A stretch of DNA of 64,000 nt, taken from NCBI GenBank assembly GCA_963700635.1, contig CAVOYH010000005.1, positions 32,001 through 96,000 on the forward strand, given 5' to 3'. The position numbers and the translations under genes were made by a program. Each line of letters begins with the position of its first letter. Within the stretch, counting starts at the first letter, position 1. This stretch comes from an uncultured Bacteroidota bacterium. GTDB lineage: Bacteria; Bacteroidota; Ignavibacteria; UBA10030; UBA6906. Shown here piece after piece: positions 19,263 through 29,151 of the stretch. The notes under the pieces are model-generated. The model searched no databases, was not told the DNA's origin, and was given only the letters and a program-made list of their open reading frames with translations.

Positions 19263-21401
19263 ATGCACTTGTTTTTTGATGCGCTGCTTTACAGCTATGC
19301 GCAGATATTTTTCAGCAACAGGAAGTGGTTCGGCGTGCTGGCGCTCGCCGCGACCGCGACCATGCCGTTGATCGGCGTGGGGGGGCTGGTCGGGGCGCTC
19401 GTCGTCAACGGCCTTGCCCTGGGCCTGCGATTTGACAAGGAGCGGATCCGCAGCGGCTTCTACGGCTTCAACGGTATCCTGTTCGGGGCCGCCGCGATGT
19501 ACTACCACCAGCCTACGCTGACGTATCTCGTGATGTCGTTGCTGTTCGTCGTCATCGCCTTCTTCGCCACAGCAGCGCTCGAACACTACTTCGCCACAGC
19601 GTTTAATCTGCCCGGCCTGAGTCTGCCGTTTGTTCTGACCTTGTATGTGTTCGTGGTGTTCCTCGGAAACTTCGATTGGGTCGTTCTCCATGCGACCGGG
19701 TCGCAAGCGACGCTGGTGGCGTTCCTGCCGCGGTCTGTGCTCTTCTATTTTCAGTCGCTGGGGTATGTGCTGTTCCAACCCGATGCGCTGGCGGGCGTGT
19801 TCCTTGCGGTCGGACTGGTTCTCTTCTCGCGTGTCTTTTTGGTCGGTAGCGTTCTTGCCTACGGCACGAACTGGGTTCTCGCTGCGTATCTCTTCCCGGA
19901 TGCCACGGATGCGTTCATCCTGCAGTCCTCGGTGAACGCCATTCTGGTCGCTCTGGCTCTGGGCGGGACCCTGATCATCCTCTCTCGGAAGACCGTGCCT
20001 CTGCTGGTTTTCGCGGGGGTGATATCGCTGGTGTTCACCGGGTTCTTCACGCGTTTCCTGTCGGTCTCGGATCTTCCGGTGCTGGTCCTGCCGTTCAATC
20101 TTGTGACCCTCGCCACCATCTATTCCCTCAAGTTCCGGCAGGAGCAGAGTGACCTGGTCCTGCTCTATTTTGCTCCCGGATCGCCAGAGGAGAACTACTA
20201 TTACCATCAGAACAGAAAATCCCGGTTCGAGCGGTTTCGTTATCTCTTCCCTGAGTTGCCCTTCTTCGGAGAATGGAGTGTGTCTCAGGGAATCGCCGGC
20301 GATATCACTCATAAGGGTGCGTGGAGCGATGCCTGGGATTTCGTGATCCTTGATGATGAAGGGAAAGAACATTCCGGTCAGGGAACCGTGGTCCAGGAGT
20401 ACTTCTGCTACAACACCCCGGTGGTTGCGTCTCTGGATGGTGATGTGGTCCGTGTGGTCGACGCGATTCCGGACAATGAGATCGGCGAAGTTAATGTTGA
20501 GAACAACTGGGGCAATACCATCATCCTGGACCATGGTCAGGGCCTGTTTTCAGCGCTCTCGCATCTGAAACCCGGTTCGGCCCAGGTTGGGAAGGGAGAT
20601 CACGTCCACAAAGGGCAGATCCTGGCACGCTGCGGGAACAGCGGCCGCTCCCCGGTCCCCCATCTGCATTTTCAGTTCCAGGGTACCGATCGTCTGGGGG
20701 AGAAGACGCTTTCGTTCCCTCTGGCTCAGTACCTGGAAAAAACCAACGGGTCCGTCGAGCTCCGCACGTTTGAGTATCCCCAGCAGGGGAGACGCGTCCA
20801 TAACATTGAGCTTCACGGGGATGTGCGCCGCGCATTCTCGTTCCCTGTCGGCGCGGACTATACGTTTGACTGTACGCTGAACGGACGGGCTTTCGAGGAA
20901 CGGTGGGAGGTCAAGATCGACAGTCTGAACACCGTCTACATCGACTCCACCGGTGGGGCCACCGCCTATCTTTATCCCCGGGACAAGGTGTTCTCCATGG
21001 CGAACCTCGTGGGAAACCCGCGCTCGGCCCTTTCGTTCTTTTTCCTGAACTCCATCAGCGTGCCTCTGGGATACAACACACATATGCAGTGGAGCGATCA
21101 GTTGCCCGTCCGCCTCATGATCGGCGGTGGTCTGCGTTTTTTCTCGGAGTTCCTGCTCATCTTCGGCGACCAGTTTGTGGCCAGGGCGGTACTCCATTTT
21201 GATGAACAGGCCGGTCAGGGTAACGGGTTCTCCATCCATGCGCTCTTCACCGTGTCCGGTCGCGGCATCTTTTCCCGGTATCGCCGGCAGGCTGAGGGAC
21301 GCATCACGGTCGACGGCGAAGGCGAGATCGCTTCGTTTGAATACACGGACCCAACAACGACATTCAACGCTCACCGAATACACAAAGGATCCAACATATG
21401 A
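19263..21401 (+). CDS. Urea-transporter-family membrane domain fused to M23 peptidase domain and C-terminal unknown domain
   Basis: About 10 TM helices with GFYGFNG and LPxxxLPF repeats; then HKGAWSDAWD, WGNTIILDH, GNSGRSPVPHLHF (M23). Confidence 0.88.
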   Translation: MHLFFDALLYSYAQIFFSNRKWFGVLALAATATMPLIGVGGLVGALVVNGLALGLRFDKERIRSGFYGFNGILFGAAAMYYHQPTLTYLVMSLLFVVIAFFATAALEHYFATAFNLPGLSLPFVLTLYVFVVFLGNFDWVVLHATGSQATLVAFLPRSVLFYFQSLGYVLFQPDALAGVFLAVGLVLFSRVFLVGSVLAYGTNWVLAAYLFPDATDAFILQSSVNAILVALALGGTLIILSRKTVPLLVFAGVISLVFTGFFTRFLSVSDLPVLVLPFNLVTLATIYSLKFRQEQSDLVLLYFAPGSPEENYYYHQNRKSRFERFRYLFPELPFFGEWSVSQGIAGDITHKGAWSDAWDFVILDDEGKEHSGQGTVVQEYFCYNTPVVASLDGDVVRVVDAIPDNEIGEVNVENNWGNTIILDHGQGLFSALSHLKPGSAQVGKGDHVHKGQILARCGNSGRSPVPHLHFQFQGTDRLGEKTLSFPLAQYLEKTNGSVELRTFEYPQQGRRVHNIELHGDVRRAFSFPVGADYTFDCTLNGRAFEERWEVKIDSLNTVYIDSTGGATAYLYPRDKVFSMANLVGNPRSALSFFFLNSISVPLGYNTHMQWSDQLPVRLMIGGGLRFFSEFLLIFGDQFVARAVLHFDEQAGQGNGFSIHALFTVSGRGIFSRYRRQAEGRITVDGEGEIASFEYTDPTTTFNAHRIHKGSNI

Positions 21402-22027
21402 CGATACGAACTATGTGGCTGATCACGCTGACGCTGGTTCTTGCTGTTGCCGCGACGGAGGGTGCCGTGCGGGCGGAGGATAAGGCCCGTGCGTTCACGA
21501 TCTCCATCAAGGAAGAGACCAACGGCAACTGGAAACGTGCGATTCAAGTCATGCTCGACCTTTCCAGTGGAATCGGCACAGACTACCTCACCACGCTCCG
21601 CCTGGGATGGCTCCACTACAACGCACGGGAGTTCGAGAAGTCCGCACAGTACTACAGAGAAGCAATGCGCATCAGCGACAACAGCATCGAGGCCCTTCTT
21701 GGCGTCACCCTTCCGTATGCGGCCCAGGGAAAATGGGACGCCGTCCAGGAAGCGTACAAGTCGATTCTCGCCAAAGACAAACTCAACTACATAGCGAACC
21801 TTCGTCTGGGACAGATCTACATGAACCAGGGGAACTACCTGATGGCGAGGCGATATCTCGATCTGCTGGCTGAAAACTACCCCGGCGACTACGAGACCAA
21901 TCTCTACGTGGGATGGACCTATTTCGGTCTCGGCAGCAAGACGAAGGCCCGGGAGGCATTTATCAATGCGATGAGCGTGTATCCAGCTGATACGAGTGCT
22001 GTCAAAGGGTACGGGTTGACCAAATGA
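21398..22027 (+). CDS. Secreted TPR-repeat protein
   Basis: Signal peptide; repeats such as LRLGWLHY and LRLGQIY. Confidence 0.85.
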   Translation: MTIRTMWLITLTLVLAVAATEGAVRAEDKARAFTISIKEETNGNWKRAIQVMLDLSSGIGTDYLTTLRLGWLHYNAREFEKSAQYYREAMRISDNSIEALLGVTLPYAAQGKWDAVQEAYKSILAKDKLNYIANLRLGQIYMNQGNYLMARRYLDLLAENYPGDYETNLYVGWTYFGLGSKTKAREAFINAMSVYPADTSAVKGYGLTK

Positions 22028-22842
22028 AGACTCTCGTTCTGCTTGGTGCGTTGATCCTCAGCGTGTGTCCGGGTTTCTCACAGCCATCGACGACAACATT
22101 CCTGCCTGCCGGATACTACACGGCAGGATCATATTCGAACGGGAACAGTTCGAACTCGTATGCCGGCTATGCTACCGTGGCCTTTGGCGGTCTTGACTAT
22201 GTCGTGGCAGGTTATGACGCAATGACGATCCAGTCAACACCTTGGACCTACGATCAGCAATTCTTCGTGGTCGGAGCCCTGAAGAACCTCTACCCTTTCT
22301 ATGTGAAGTTGAATGTTGGACGAATCGAAGGGACATTCAAGCTTGCGGGGCAGCGGTATTCCTATGCCGATCAGACAGACATTCTGAACGGCGGCTTCCT
22401 CTATAATGTGGACGTTTTCTATGTCGGGGCGACGTACACCTATATGAGCGTCAGCGGATACACAAATGTGCGCTCCCACCAGATCGGACTTCAGGGAGAC
22501 TGGTTGTTGGACCCGGCCTTCAACCTCTCAATACGTCCGCTGTATTCGCGGGTGACGGATGGCCGGTCATTGATTTCTGTTGGAGGGGAGGTGTCGTATG
22601 CCCCTTGGAAGACGCTTGTATTGCGGGTGTCAGGGATGGCGGGGAAGCGGGCATACTATTTTAATCCCGATTTCCTGACCGTGTTCAACCAGAACGAAAC
22701 ACAAAAGAGTCTGTGGGGCATCCGCATGGAATACACGATTGTCTCCGGCCTGACCGTGATTGGGAGCTATCAATCGGCGGGCTTTTCCGGGTACACGGTG
22801 CGTTATGCCGCGATCGGAGCGCGGGCCCGCATCCCGTTGTGA
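22024..22842 (+). CDS. Putative outer-membrane beta-barrel protein
   Basis: Signal peptide; Tyr/Gly-rich amphipathic beta-strand pattern; C-terminal alternating strand. Confidence 0.7.
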   Translation: MKTLVLLGALILSVCPGFSQPSTTTFLPAGYYTAGSYSNGNSSNSYAGYATVAFGGLDYVVAGYDAMTIQSTPWTYDQQFFVVGALKNLYPFYVKLNVGRIEGTFKLAGQRYSYADQTDILNGGFLYNVDVFYVGATYTYMSVSGYTNVRSHQIGLQGDWLLDPAFNLSIRPLYSRVTDGRSLISVGGEVSYAPWKTLVLRVSGMAGKRAYYFNPDFLTVFNQNETQKSLWGIRMEYTIVSGLTVIGSYQSAGFSGYTVRYAAIGARARIPL

Positions 22843-22890
22843 TTACGAGCGGTCTTCCGTCTGCGCCCAAGATGATGTCGGGACCAGAAA

Positions 22891-22922
22891 AAAGCCCCCG
22901 GGTGTGTACACCCGGGGGCTTT
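22891..22922. terminator. Bidirectional intrinsic terminator
   Basis: aaagcccccgggtgt-gt-acacccgggggcttt, a perfect 15-bp inverted repeat between convergent genes. Confidence 0.8.
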
Positions 22923-23006
22923 GGCTCGCCAGAACCCGTCTCAATCCTGCCGGGAAACACGAAACCACACAAGAGTCTGTTGTCGATATTGCTGAGCGCA
23001 CGGCTG

Positions 23007-24998
23007 CTAAATGACCTGTTCTGCCGATTCTGGTTCGCTGTCGGGAGCCGACATTGCCTTGAACGATTTGCGCGCCTCGTCCGTACCGATGATCGCCACC
23101 AGGTCGTTGACCTGAAAGCGGAATGCAGCGTCCGGGTTGGCGGTCAGCTTTCGTCGCGAATGACGCCAACGACCGACGCTCCCACCTTTTTGCGGATCTC
23201 TGCCTCCCCGATGGATCGGGCCACGAGTTTGCTGCCATCCTGTAGCAGAACCCACTGCAGATCGAACTGCCGTTCGGCCGATCGAAGCTGTGCGAGCATG
23301 CGGTGACCTTTCCCCTCGTCGAAGAAGGGACCGAAAAGATCCTGTCGCACCGAATCCGTGCGTTGCTGTATTTCGGTCACGGGAATCGGAAAATGAAGCA
23401 GAGACTCGCGCGTCATCTCGAGGCTGGCCTCAAACTCGGGCAGCACCACCCCGCTCACGTTCATTTTCTTGAAGACAGGGAGGAAGGAAGGATCGGAGGT
23501 TCTGGCCACCACGTTCAGCTCACCGTTCTGTCGCTGGCCGTTGGTGATGATCGTCCGGGCCGCGACCATATCCGGGGTGGTCACAACGAGTAGCCGTGCG
23601 GTGCGCAATCGCGGCCGCTTCGAGTACGATCTCGTGTGTCGCATCGCCGTAGACGATAGGGATGTCATCTTTCTGCGCGCTCTGGACCCGTCGGTGATCG
23701 AGCTCGACGACCACCAGCGGTATCCCGAAGCTTTTTAGCGCAGCGGCAATTCTCGACCCCACCCGTCCACCGCCCACAATGACCGCGTGTTGCCTGAGAC
23801 CTGTCTCCGGAATGTTGAGCGTATCCAGCGCCTCGTGTTTGAACCAGCGCTTCTTCAAGGCGTAGAGCCGGGCGGTCTGGCTTGTAGCGAGGGGCGTCAA
23901 TATCATCGTCAGAATGGCGGTTGTCAGTATCATCGAGTAGAGATCCTGGCTGATCGAATTCGTCGAGACCCCGACTGTCGCCAGTACGAACGCGAATTCC
24001 CCGACCTGGAAGAGCCCCAGTCCGACGGCCAGCGGAACGACGTTGCCGTACCTGAATATCCTGGACAGGGTTGCAAAGATGATGCCTTTGCCGAAGCTGA
24101 CCGCGAGCAGCAGGACAACCACCTCAAACAGGTGATCCATCAGGAAGACGGGATCGAGCAACATCCCGACCGAAGCGAAGAACAACAGGCCGAACAGGTC
24201 TCGTAGGGGAATGATGTCGCTGAGAGCCTGGTGTCCGTAGTCCGATTCGCTGAGCACCATGCCGGCCACGAATGCGCCGAATGCGAATGACAACCCGACC
24301 ATGTGCGTCACGTAACCGACACCGAGACCGATGGCGGCGATGGCCAGCAAGAACAGCTCCCGGGATCCGAGCTTGGCGATGTGCCCCATCAGCAGCGGCA
24401 GCAGTTTGGTGCCCAGGAGCAGCATCCCAAGGATGAAGGCCGCAGCCTTAAGGGCGGCAAAGCCCAGGACGGGAAGGCCCACCGACGGGTTGTTGAGCTG
24501 CGGGAGGACGATCATCAGCGGGACCACAGCCAGGTCCTGCACGATGAGCATCCCGATCATAACCTTGCTGGAGAGCGTTCCAAGCCATCCCTGATTCATC
24601 AGGGTCTTGAGGATCACCATGGTGCTGGAGAGTGAGATGCAGGCTCCCAGCCAGAGCGAGTCTCGCCACTCCCAGCCTGTCAGGTGGCCAATGCCAAAGC
24701 CGAGACCGGTGGTGAGGATGATTTGGATGGGGGTGCCGATCAGGGCAATCTTCTTGACCGGTTTGAGGTCCTTGAGGGAGAACTCGAGCCCGAGGGCGAA
24801 CAGCAGCAGCGCCACACCGATCTCGGCGAGCTTCTCGATCTCGTGAATATTGGAGACGGTGACGCCGCCAGTGTGCGGCCCCAGGATGATGCCGGCGGCA
24901 ATATAGCCGAGGATGATGGGTTGTCCCAACCGCTGCAGCAGTACGCCGCACCCGAAGGCGACCACGATGAGTAAAATGATGTCAGTGGCGATGCCCAT
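23007..24998 (-). CDS. CPA2 cation:proton antiporter (KefB/YbaL-like) with TrkA-N and TrkA-C domains; two frameshifts (about 23600 and 23150)
   Basis: ELGVALLLF-like motif, SLSST, IVQDL, GGGRVG; continues through ORFs 23144..23668 and 23007..23255. Confidence 0.88.
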
Positions 24999-25215
24999 AT
25001 TATCTGCCGTGTTCGCCCTTCAACTTGCGGAACTCCAACATGCTCTCAATCCGGATATCGTGACAACCCGCTCTCTGCCACAGAGGGCACGATCGGGGTC
25101 TGAGAGGGTACCGCGAACCCCGCGGCGTGACCTCTGGGGTCGACCTTCGAGAGCCGGGATGGTGGTGTTCTCGTGAGGCGGTGCTCGAATAAGGCCGCAA
25201 TTCCTGGCGCTTATA

Positions 25216-25254
25216 GCAGAAAGCCCCACCGGGAATCCCGATGGGGCTTTCTGT
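25216..25254. terminator. Hairpin, probable terminator beyond the displaced tRNA 3' fragment
   Basis: cagaaagcccca...tggggctttctg inverted repeat. Confidence 0.65.
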
Positions 25255-25290
25255 GAACCAAACTGTGCGTCGGTTCGCACAGGTTATTTT

Positions 25291-25315
25291 TGGCTCCGCG
25301 AACAGGACTCGAACC
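25291..25315 (-). repeat. Duplicated 3' end of tRNA-Asn (att-like direct repeat)
   Basis: Minus strand GGTTCGAGTCCTGTTCGCGGAGCCA; 25293-25315 matches 28781-28803 at 22 of 23 nt. Confidence 0.85.
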
Positions 25316-25819
25316 ATAAGGGTGCTCTTGAAATTAACGAATCCGGGCGGTATTTGCAAGTCTATGCCGTCCGGATTTGTGCAGTTGTGACAGTTTTCTC
25401 CGCTCAGGGGACAATTAGGGGACAGTGCTTTTTGATGCGCGTTTCGTCTTCAAGATGCAAAGTACAACCGAACAACACCGCAATACTGCCCCTCAACGCA
25501 CCAAGATTACCGTAGACACATCGTCCGCTTTGAATGGTGTGTATGCAGGACAGTCCATAGTTGTTGAGGCCCAGCATGAGCGGTTGACATTGGGTGATCG
25601 AAGCCATACCTTTTTTTCTAAGCACGTCCTCGGGGAGGGCATGTGGGGAGGAATTGTGAAGAGAACCTCTTTTGTCCGAAAGGATGGAAGAGGTTCTTTT
25701 GTTCGTACTGCATGCCGCCGCCCCGGACCCTGTTCCAGGTCCTACGCTGTAGGGCCCACCCCGACGACGCCAGTCCCATGTCGTGTGAATAATGATTGCC
25801 AGATGGGAGGAGATGCACG

Positions 25820-28576
25820 ATGAAATGGACCGAACTTCTCGTGGCTCTGATGCTTTCTTCATCATGGCAGGCCGCCCGCACTCAGTGGGTACAAACCAAC
25901 GGGCCCTATGGGGGTGGCGTCATGACTCTAGCTATATGTGACTCGCACCTCTTCGCCGGGATACGGGGTGCTGGTATCTATCATTCGACCGATGACGGCA
26001 CACACTGGAGTCAAGTCAATTCAGGGTTGACGAATTTGTATCTGTGGGTACTTTTCTTTGATGGCACAAACCTTTGGGCGGGCACCGAGGAGGGGGGTGC
26101 CTTTCTCTCGACAGACTTTGGAGCACACTGGACAGCGGTCAATGCCGGCTTTCCGCAGGATCCATATGTTTTTGAGTTTGCCCGCATCGGAACCAACGTA
26201 TATGCGGGTACCCGGGCGGGAGTTTTTCTCCTAACGGAAAACGGCACACGTTGGACCCCGGTCAATTCCGGATTGACGAACACCTTTGTACATGCACTGG
26301 CCGCTAGTGGAACCGATCTCTTTGCCGGGACGGATGGCGGCGTTTTCCGTTCTACCGATAGCGGTGCCGGCTGGGCTCCAGTCAATACTGGTCTGCCCAC
26401 TCATGAAGTGGGGGCACTTGCAGTTATCGGAACGAATCTGTTTGTGGGTTTTAAGTGGGGCGAGGGAGTATTTCGCTCGACAAACAGCGGCGCAACGTGG
26501 ACTGATGTCAACTCTGGGTTGTACAACCGGTATGTCCTCACGTTCGCCTCGGATAGTACAAGTCTTCTGGTGGGAACATTCGGCGGTGGAGTGTTTCGTA
26601 CTACAGACGACGGGGCAAATTGGGTCCCGTGCGGACCGACAGGCCATTTCGCCTGGGCTGTTGCATGCAACGCTGCGTATCTTTTTGCGGGGACAGCTGG
26701 TGGAATCTTCCGCTCTTCTGACAATGGGACGAGCTGGCGGGAGGTCGATTCGGGGATCACGCATTCGTACATCTCTGCTCTGGCAGTTAAGGGCACGGAT
26801 TTGTTTGCCAGTGCTGATGGTAACGGTGTTGCGAGGTCGACCGACAATGGAAACACCTGGACTCCTGCCAACGCGGGCAACTCGAGCACTGTTGTAACTT
26901 GCCTGGCCGTCAGTGGCGATTATCTTCTCGCGGGAGCATGGGACGCCGGCGTGTTCCTCTCTACCAACAATGGGGTGAGTTGGACGAGTGTCAATGCCGG
27001 GCTAACGAACTTCCTGGTGATGTCCCTTCTTGCCGATGGGACGGACATCTTTGCAGGCACCTACGGCGGGGTCTTTCGTTCAACAGATCGCGGCACCAAC
27101 TGGGTTTTGACAAACTCGGGTCTGCCCGATGCTCCTATCAATGCTCTCGCTGCCAATGACACATATGTCTTTGCAGGTACATATGGCAATGGGGTCTTTC
27201 GTTCAACAGATCACGGCGTGAGCTGGACTTCCGCCAATTCGGGAATATCCAATGCAAGCGTTGAGGCTCTCGGCGTCAGCGGCACGAACCTTTTTGTGGG
27301 GACGTTTAATGGCCTGTTTCGATCGACCGACAATGGCACAACTTGGTCGCCGGCAAATACTGGCTTGACAAACAGGGCGGTTCTGGCTTTTGCTGTCAGC
27401 GGGAGCTACATTTTTGTTGGCACTGATGGCAACGTTGCCCTTTCAACCAACGACGGAACGACCTGGGTTGCAGCTGACGAAGGCCTAACATGTACAAGCG
27501 CCAACAAATGGGTTCGCTCCCTCGCAGTCAGCGGAGAATGCCTGTACGCGGGGACGGGCAAAGACGGTGTCTGGAGACGGCCGCTGTCGGAGATGACTCC
27601 CCTTGTTGGCAGACTCGCAATCACTGTTTCTGACGCAGAGAATTGGGGCAGCCCTGGGGCCCGTGCTCGGGTCGTGTTGTACAACAGCAACAACGCCCGG
27701 GTGGCTGAAGGTCCGACAAACTCGAGTGGTGCTGTCATATTTGGGGACATCCCAGCGGGGGTTGGATATTACTACAGGGTCTATGTGACCGATTCCTGGA
27801 AACCGTGGGGCGAACAATTCTGGGGGGAGAAAACAGGAGTAGCTGTCAATGCGGACCAGGTGACGAATGAATCCTTCATCCACAATACACCATACATGCC
27901 TGCCGTGCATGTGTTCCTCGACAGTACTCATGAAGAACTTCTTCCTGGTCTAAGGAAAGCCGTGGCCCCGGGTACGGCACTGCGGGTGGAACTTCAGATA
28001 AAGAATCCCAGCTACCCGGGAGCATTGGCCACGTCAGGGTACGGGGGACTGTATTTCGACCGGGACCAGGCATCTCCTTATGACGCAGACTTGATCACGA
28101 GTGGGCAGAATTTCGCTCCTGGCACAACCGACACTGTCATCTTCAACTGCAATGCTCCAAGCACACAGGGGGATTACTACTACTCGGTCGCTGCTTATGC
28201 ATCTTCCGCGCGATACTCCACCATGCTTACTGACGGGAGCTCGTGGTACGATCCAGCCTTCAGAGTCGAAGGCGGTTCTGACGTTCGGGAAGGGGCAGAA
28301 CAGGAACATTGTACAAAATATTCTCTCCAACAGAATTACCCAAACCCGTGGAATCCTTCGACCATAATCCGCTACGGTCTGCCCATCCGTTCACACGTGA
28401 CTCTAACGGTCTACAACACGCTCGGCCAGCAGGTGGGGCAGCTGGTCAATGGTGAAATAGGTGCGGGGTATCATGAGGAAAAGTTTGATGCGTCTGGCCT
28501 ATCAAGCGGCGTGTATGTCTATCGTCTGCAAGCCGGAGACTATGTGGCAACGAAGCGTCTGCTCCTATTGAGATAG
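25820..28576 (+). CDS. Secreted BNR/Asp-box beta-propeller repeat protein with T9SS type-A C-terminal sorting domain
   Basis: Many GVFRSTDxGxxW repeats; C-terminal YSLQQNYPNPWNPST...LSSGVYVYRL...KRLLLLR; GGAGGAG RBS. Confidence 0.92.
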   Translation: MKWTELLVALMLSSSWQAARTQWVQTNGPYGGGVMTLAICDSHLFAGIRGAGIYHSTDDGTHWSQVNSGLTNLYLWVLFFDGTNLWAGTEEGGAFLSTDFGAHWTAVNAGFPQDPYVFEFARIGTNVYAGTRAGVFLLTENGTRWTPVNSGLTNTFVHALAASGTDLFAGTDGGVFRSTDSGAGWAPVNTGLPTHEVGALAVIGTNLFVGFKWGEGVFRSTNSGATWTDVNSGLYNRYVLTFASDSTSLLVGTFGGGVFRTTDDGANWVPCGPTGHFAWAVACNAAYLFAGTAGGIFRSSDNGTSWREVDSGITHSYISALAVKGTDLFASADGNGVARSTDNGNTWTPANAGNSSTVVTCLAVSGDYLLAGAWDAGVFLSTNNGVSWTSVNAGLTNFLVMSLLADGTDIFAGTYGGVFRSTDRGTNWVLTNSGLPDAPINALAANDTYVFAGTYGNGVFRSTDHGVSWTSANSGISNASVEALGVSGTNLFVGTFNGLFRSTDNGTTWSPANTGLTNRAVLAFAVSGSYIFVGTDGNVALSTNDGTTWVAADEGLTCTSANKWVRSLAVSGECLYAGTGKDGVWRRPLSEMTPLVGRLAITVSDAENWGSPGARARVVLYNSNNARVAEGPTNSSGAVIFGDIPAGVGYYYRVYVTDSWKPWGEQFWGEKTGVAVNADQVTNESFIHNTPYMPAVHVFLDSTHEELLPGLRKAVAPGTALRVELQIKNPSYPGALATSGYGGLYFDRDQASPYDADLITSGQNFAPGTTDTVIFNCNAPSTQGDYYYSVAAYASSARYSTMLTDGSSWYDPAFRVEGGSDVREGAEQEHCTKYSLQQNYPNPWNPSTIIRYGLPIRSHVTLTVYNTLGQQVGQLVNGEIGAGYHEEKFDASGLSSGVYVYRLQAGDYVATKRLLLLR

Positions 28577-28748
28577 TATAACGTATGGAGGAGGGGCAAC
28601 CTCTCTTTTGGAGTGGGGAGGGATCTATGTGAAGACTGCGAGCTCCTGCGAGACGGAATCCCGACCTAAACTCCCCCAGCCGGAGAAACTTCGTTGACTG
28701 GCCCGCTCCCTGTGTTGGGGCCAATAGGGGACAATCGGGTTTTGACAT

Positions 28749-28780
28749 AAAAAAACCCCCAATAAAATCAGGGGGTTTTT
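28749..28780 (-). terminator. Intrinsic terminator of the tRNA-Asn gene
   Basis: aaaaaccccc-N10-gggggttttt immediately after the tRNA 3' end, with a T-run on the minus strand. Confidence 0.8.
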
Positions 28781-28819
28781 GCTCCGCGAGCAGGACTCGA
28801 ACCTGCAACCCTGCGGTTA

Positions 28820-29151
28820 CGGCATTCCCCAAAGCTTTCGCTTCGGTCCGGACTATCTCATCATCCTCTTATGGCAATGAGGACGCCGGGCGCTGATGGG
28901 GCTTATCGGTGAGAATCCTCATCCCCTAGTCTCTGCACGTTCCCTGCTACGTTCATTCTCTTCGCAGGGCTTCGCTCAGGGTTGCCATGCCCCCATTTCC
29001 GAGGGTTTAGGGTTCCCTGAATTCACCCGGTTTTCCACTCCCGGTCACCCGGAAGCGCTGCTATTCCTGCATGAACCTCTCGGTGACAGTTTGCGCAGAA
29101 ATGTACGCGCCTATCAGCATATTTCCGAGAATCTCGACCCATGCAGAGCTC
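28820..29151 (-). ncRNA. Group I self-splicing intron (332 nt)
   Basis: Exon 1 ends in U and the intron ends in G. P1 GCUGU/GCAGC with U.G at the splice site; P3 CCGGGUG/CGCCCGG; P4 UCAGGG/CCCUGA; R element GCAGAGACUA and S element GAGAUAGUCC form P7. Confidence 0.93.
29023..29142 (-). pseudogene. Remnant of an HNH homing endonuclease inside the intron
   Basis: 39-codon frame MGRDSRKYADRRVHFCANCHREVHAGIAALPGDREWKTG*; CANCHREVH resembles the HNH C-terminal CxNCHxxxH motif. Confidence 0.7.

Larger units (their letters stand above)
25291..28803. mobile_element. tRNA-integrated genomic islet remnant without integrase
   Basis: Bounded by tRNA 3'-end direct repeats; a GGGGNCAAT(T)AGGGGACA motif near both inner ends (25407-25424 and 28717-28733). 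Confidence 0.7.

Noticed and set aside
25425-25823. 132-aa ORF inside the islet; KITVDT vaguely resembles an integrase C-terminal motif
   Set aside because: No catalytic His or Tyr context and no RBS; too weak to call an integrase remnant.
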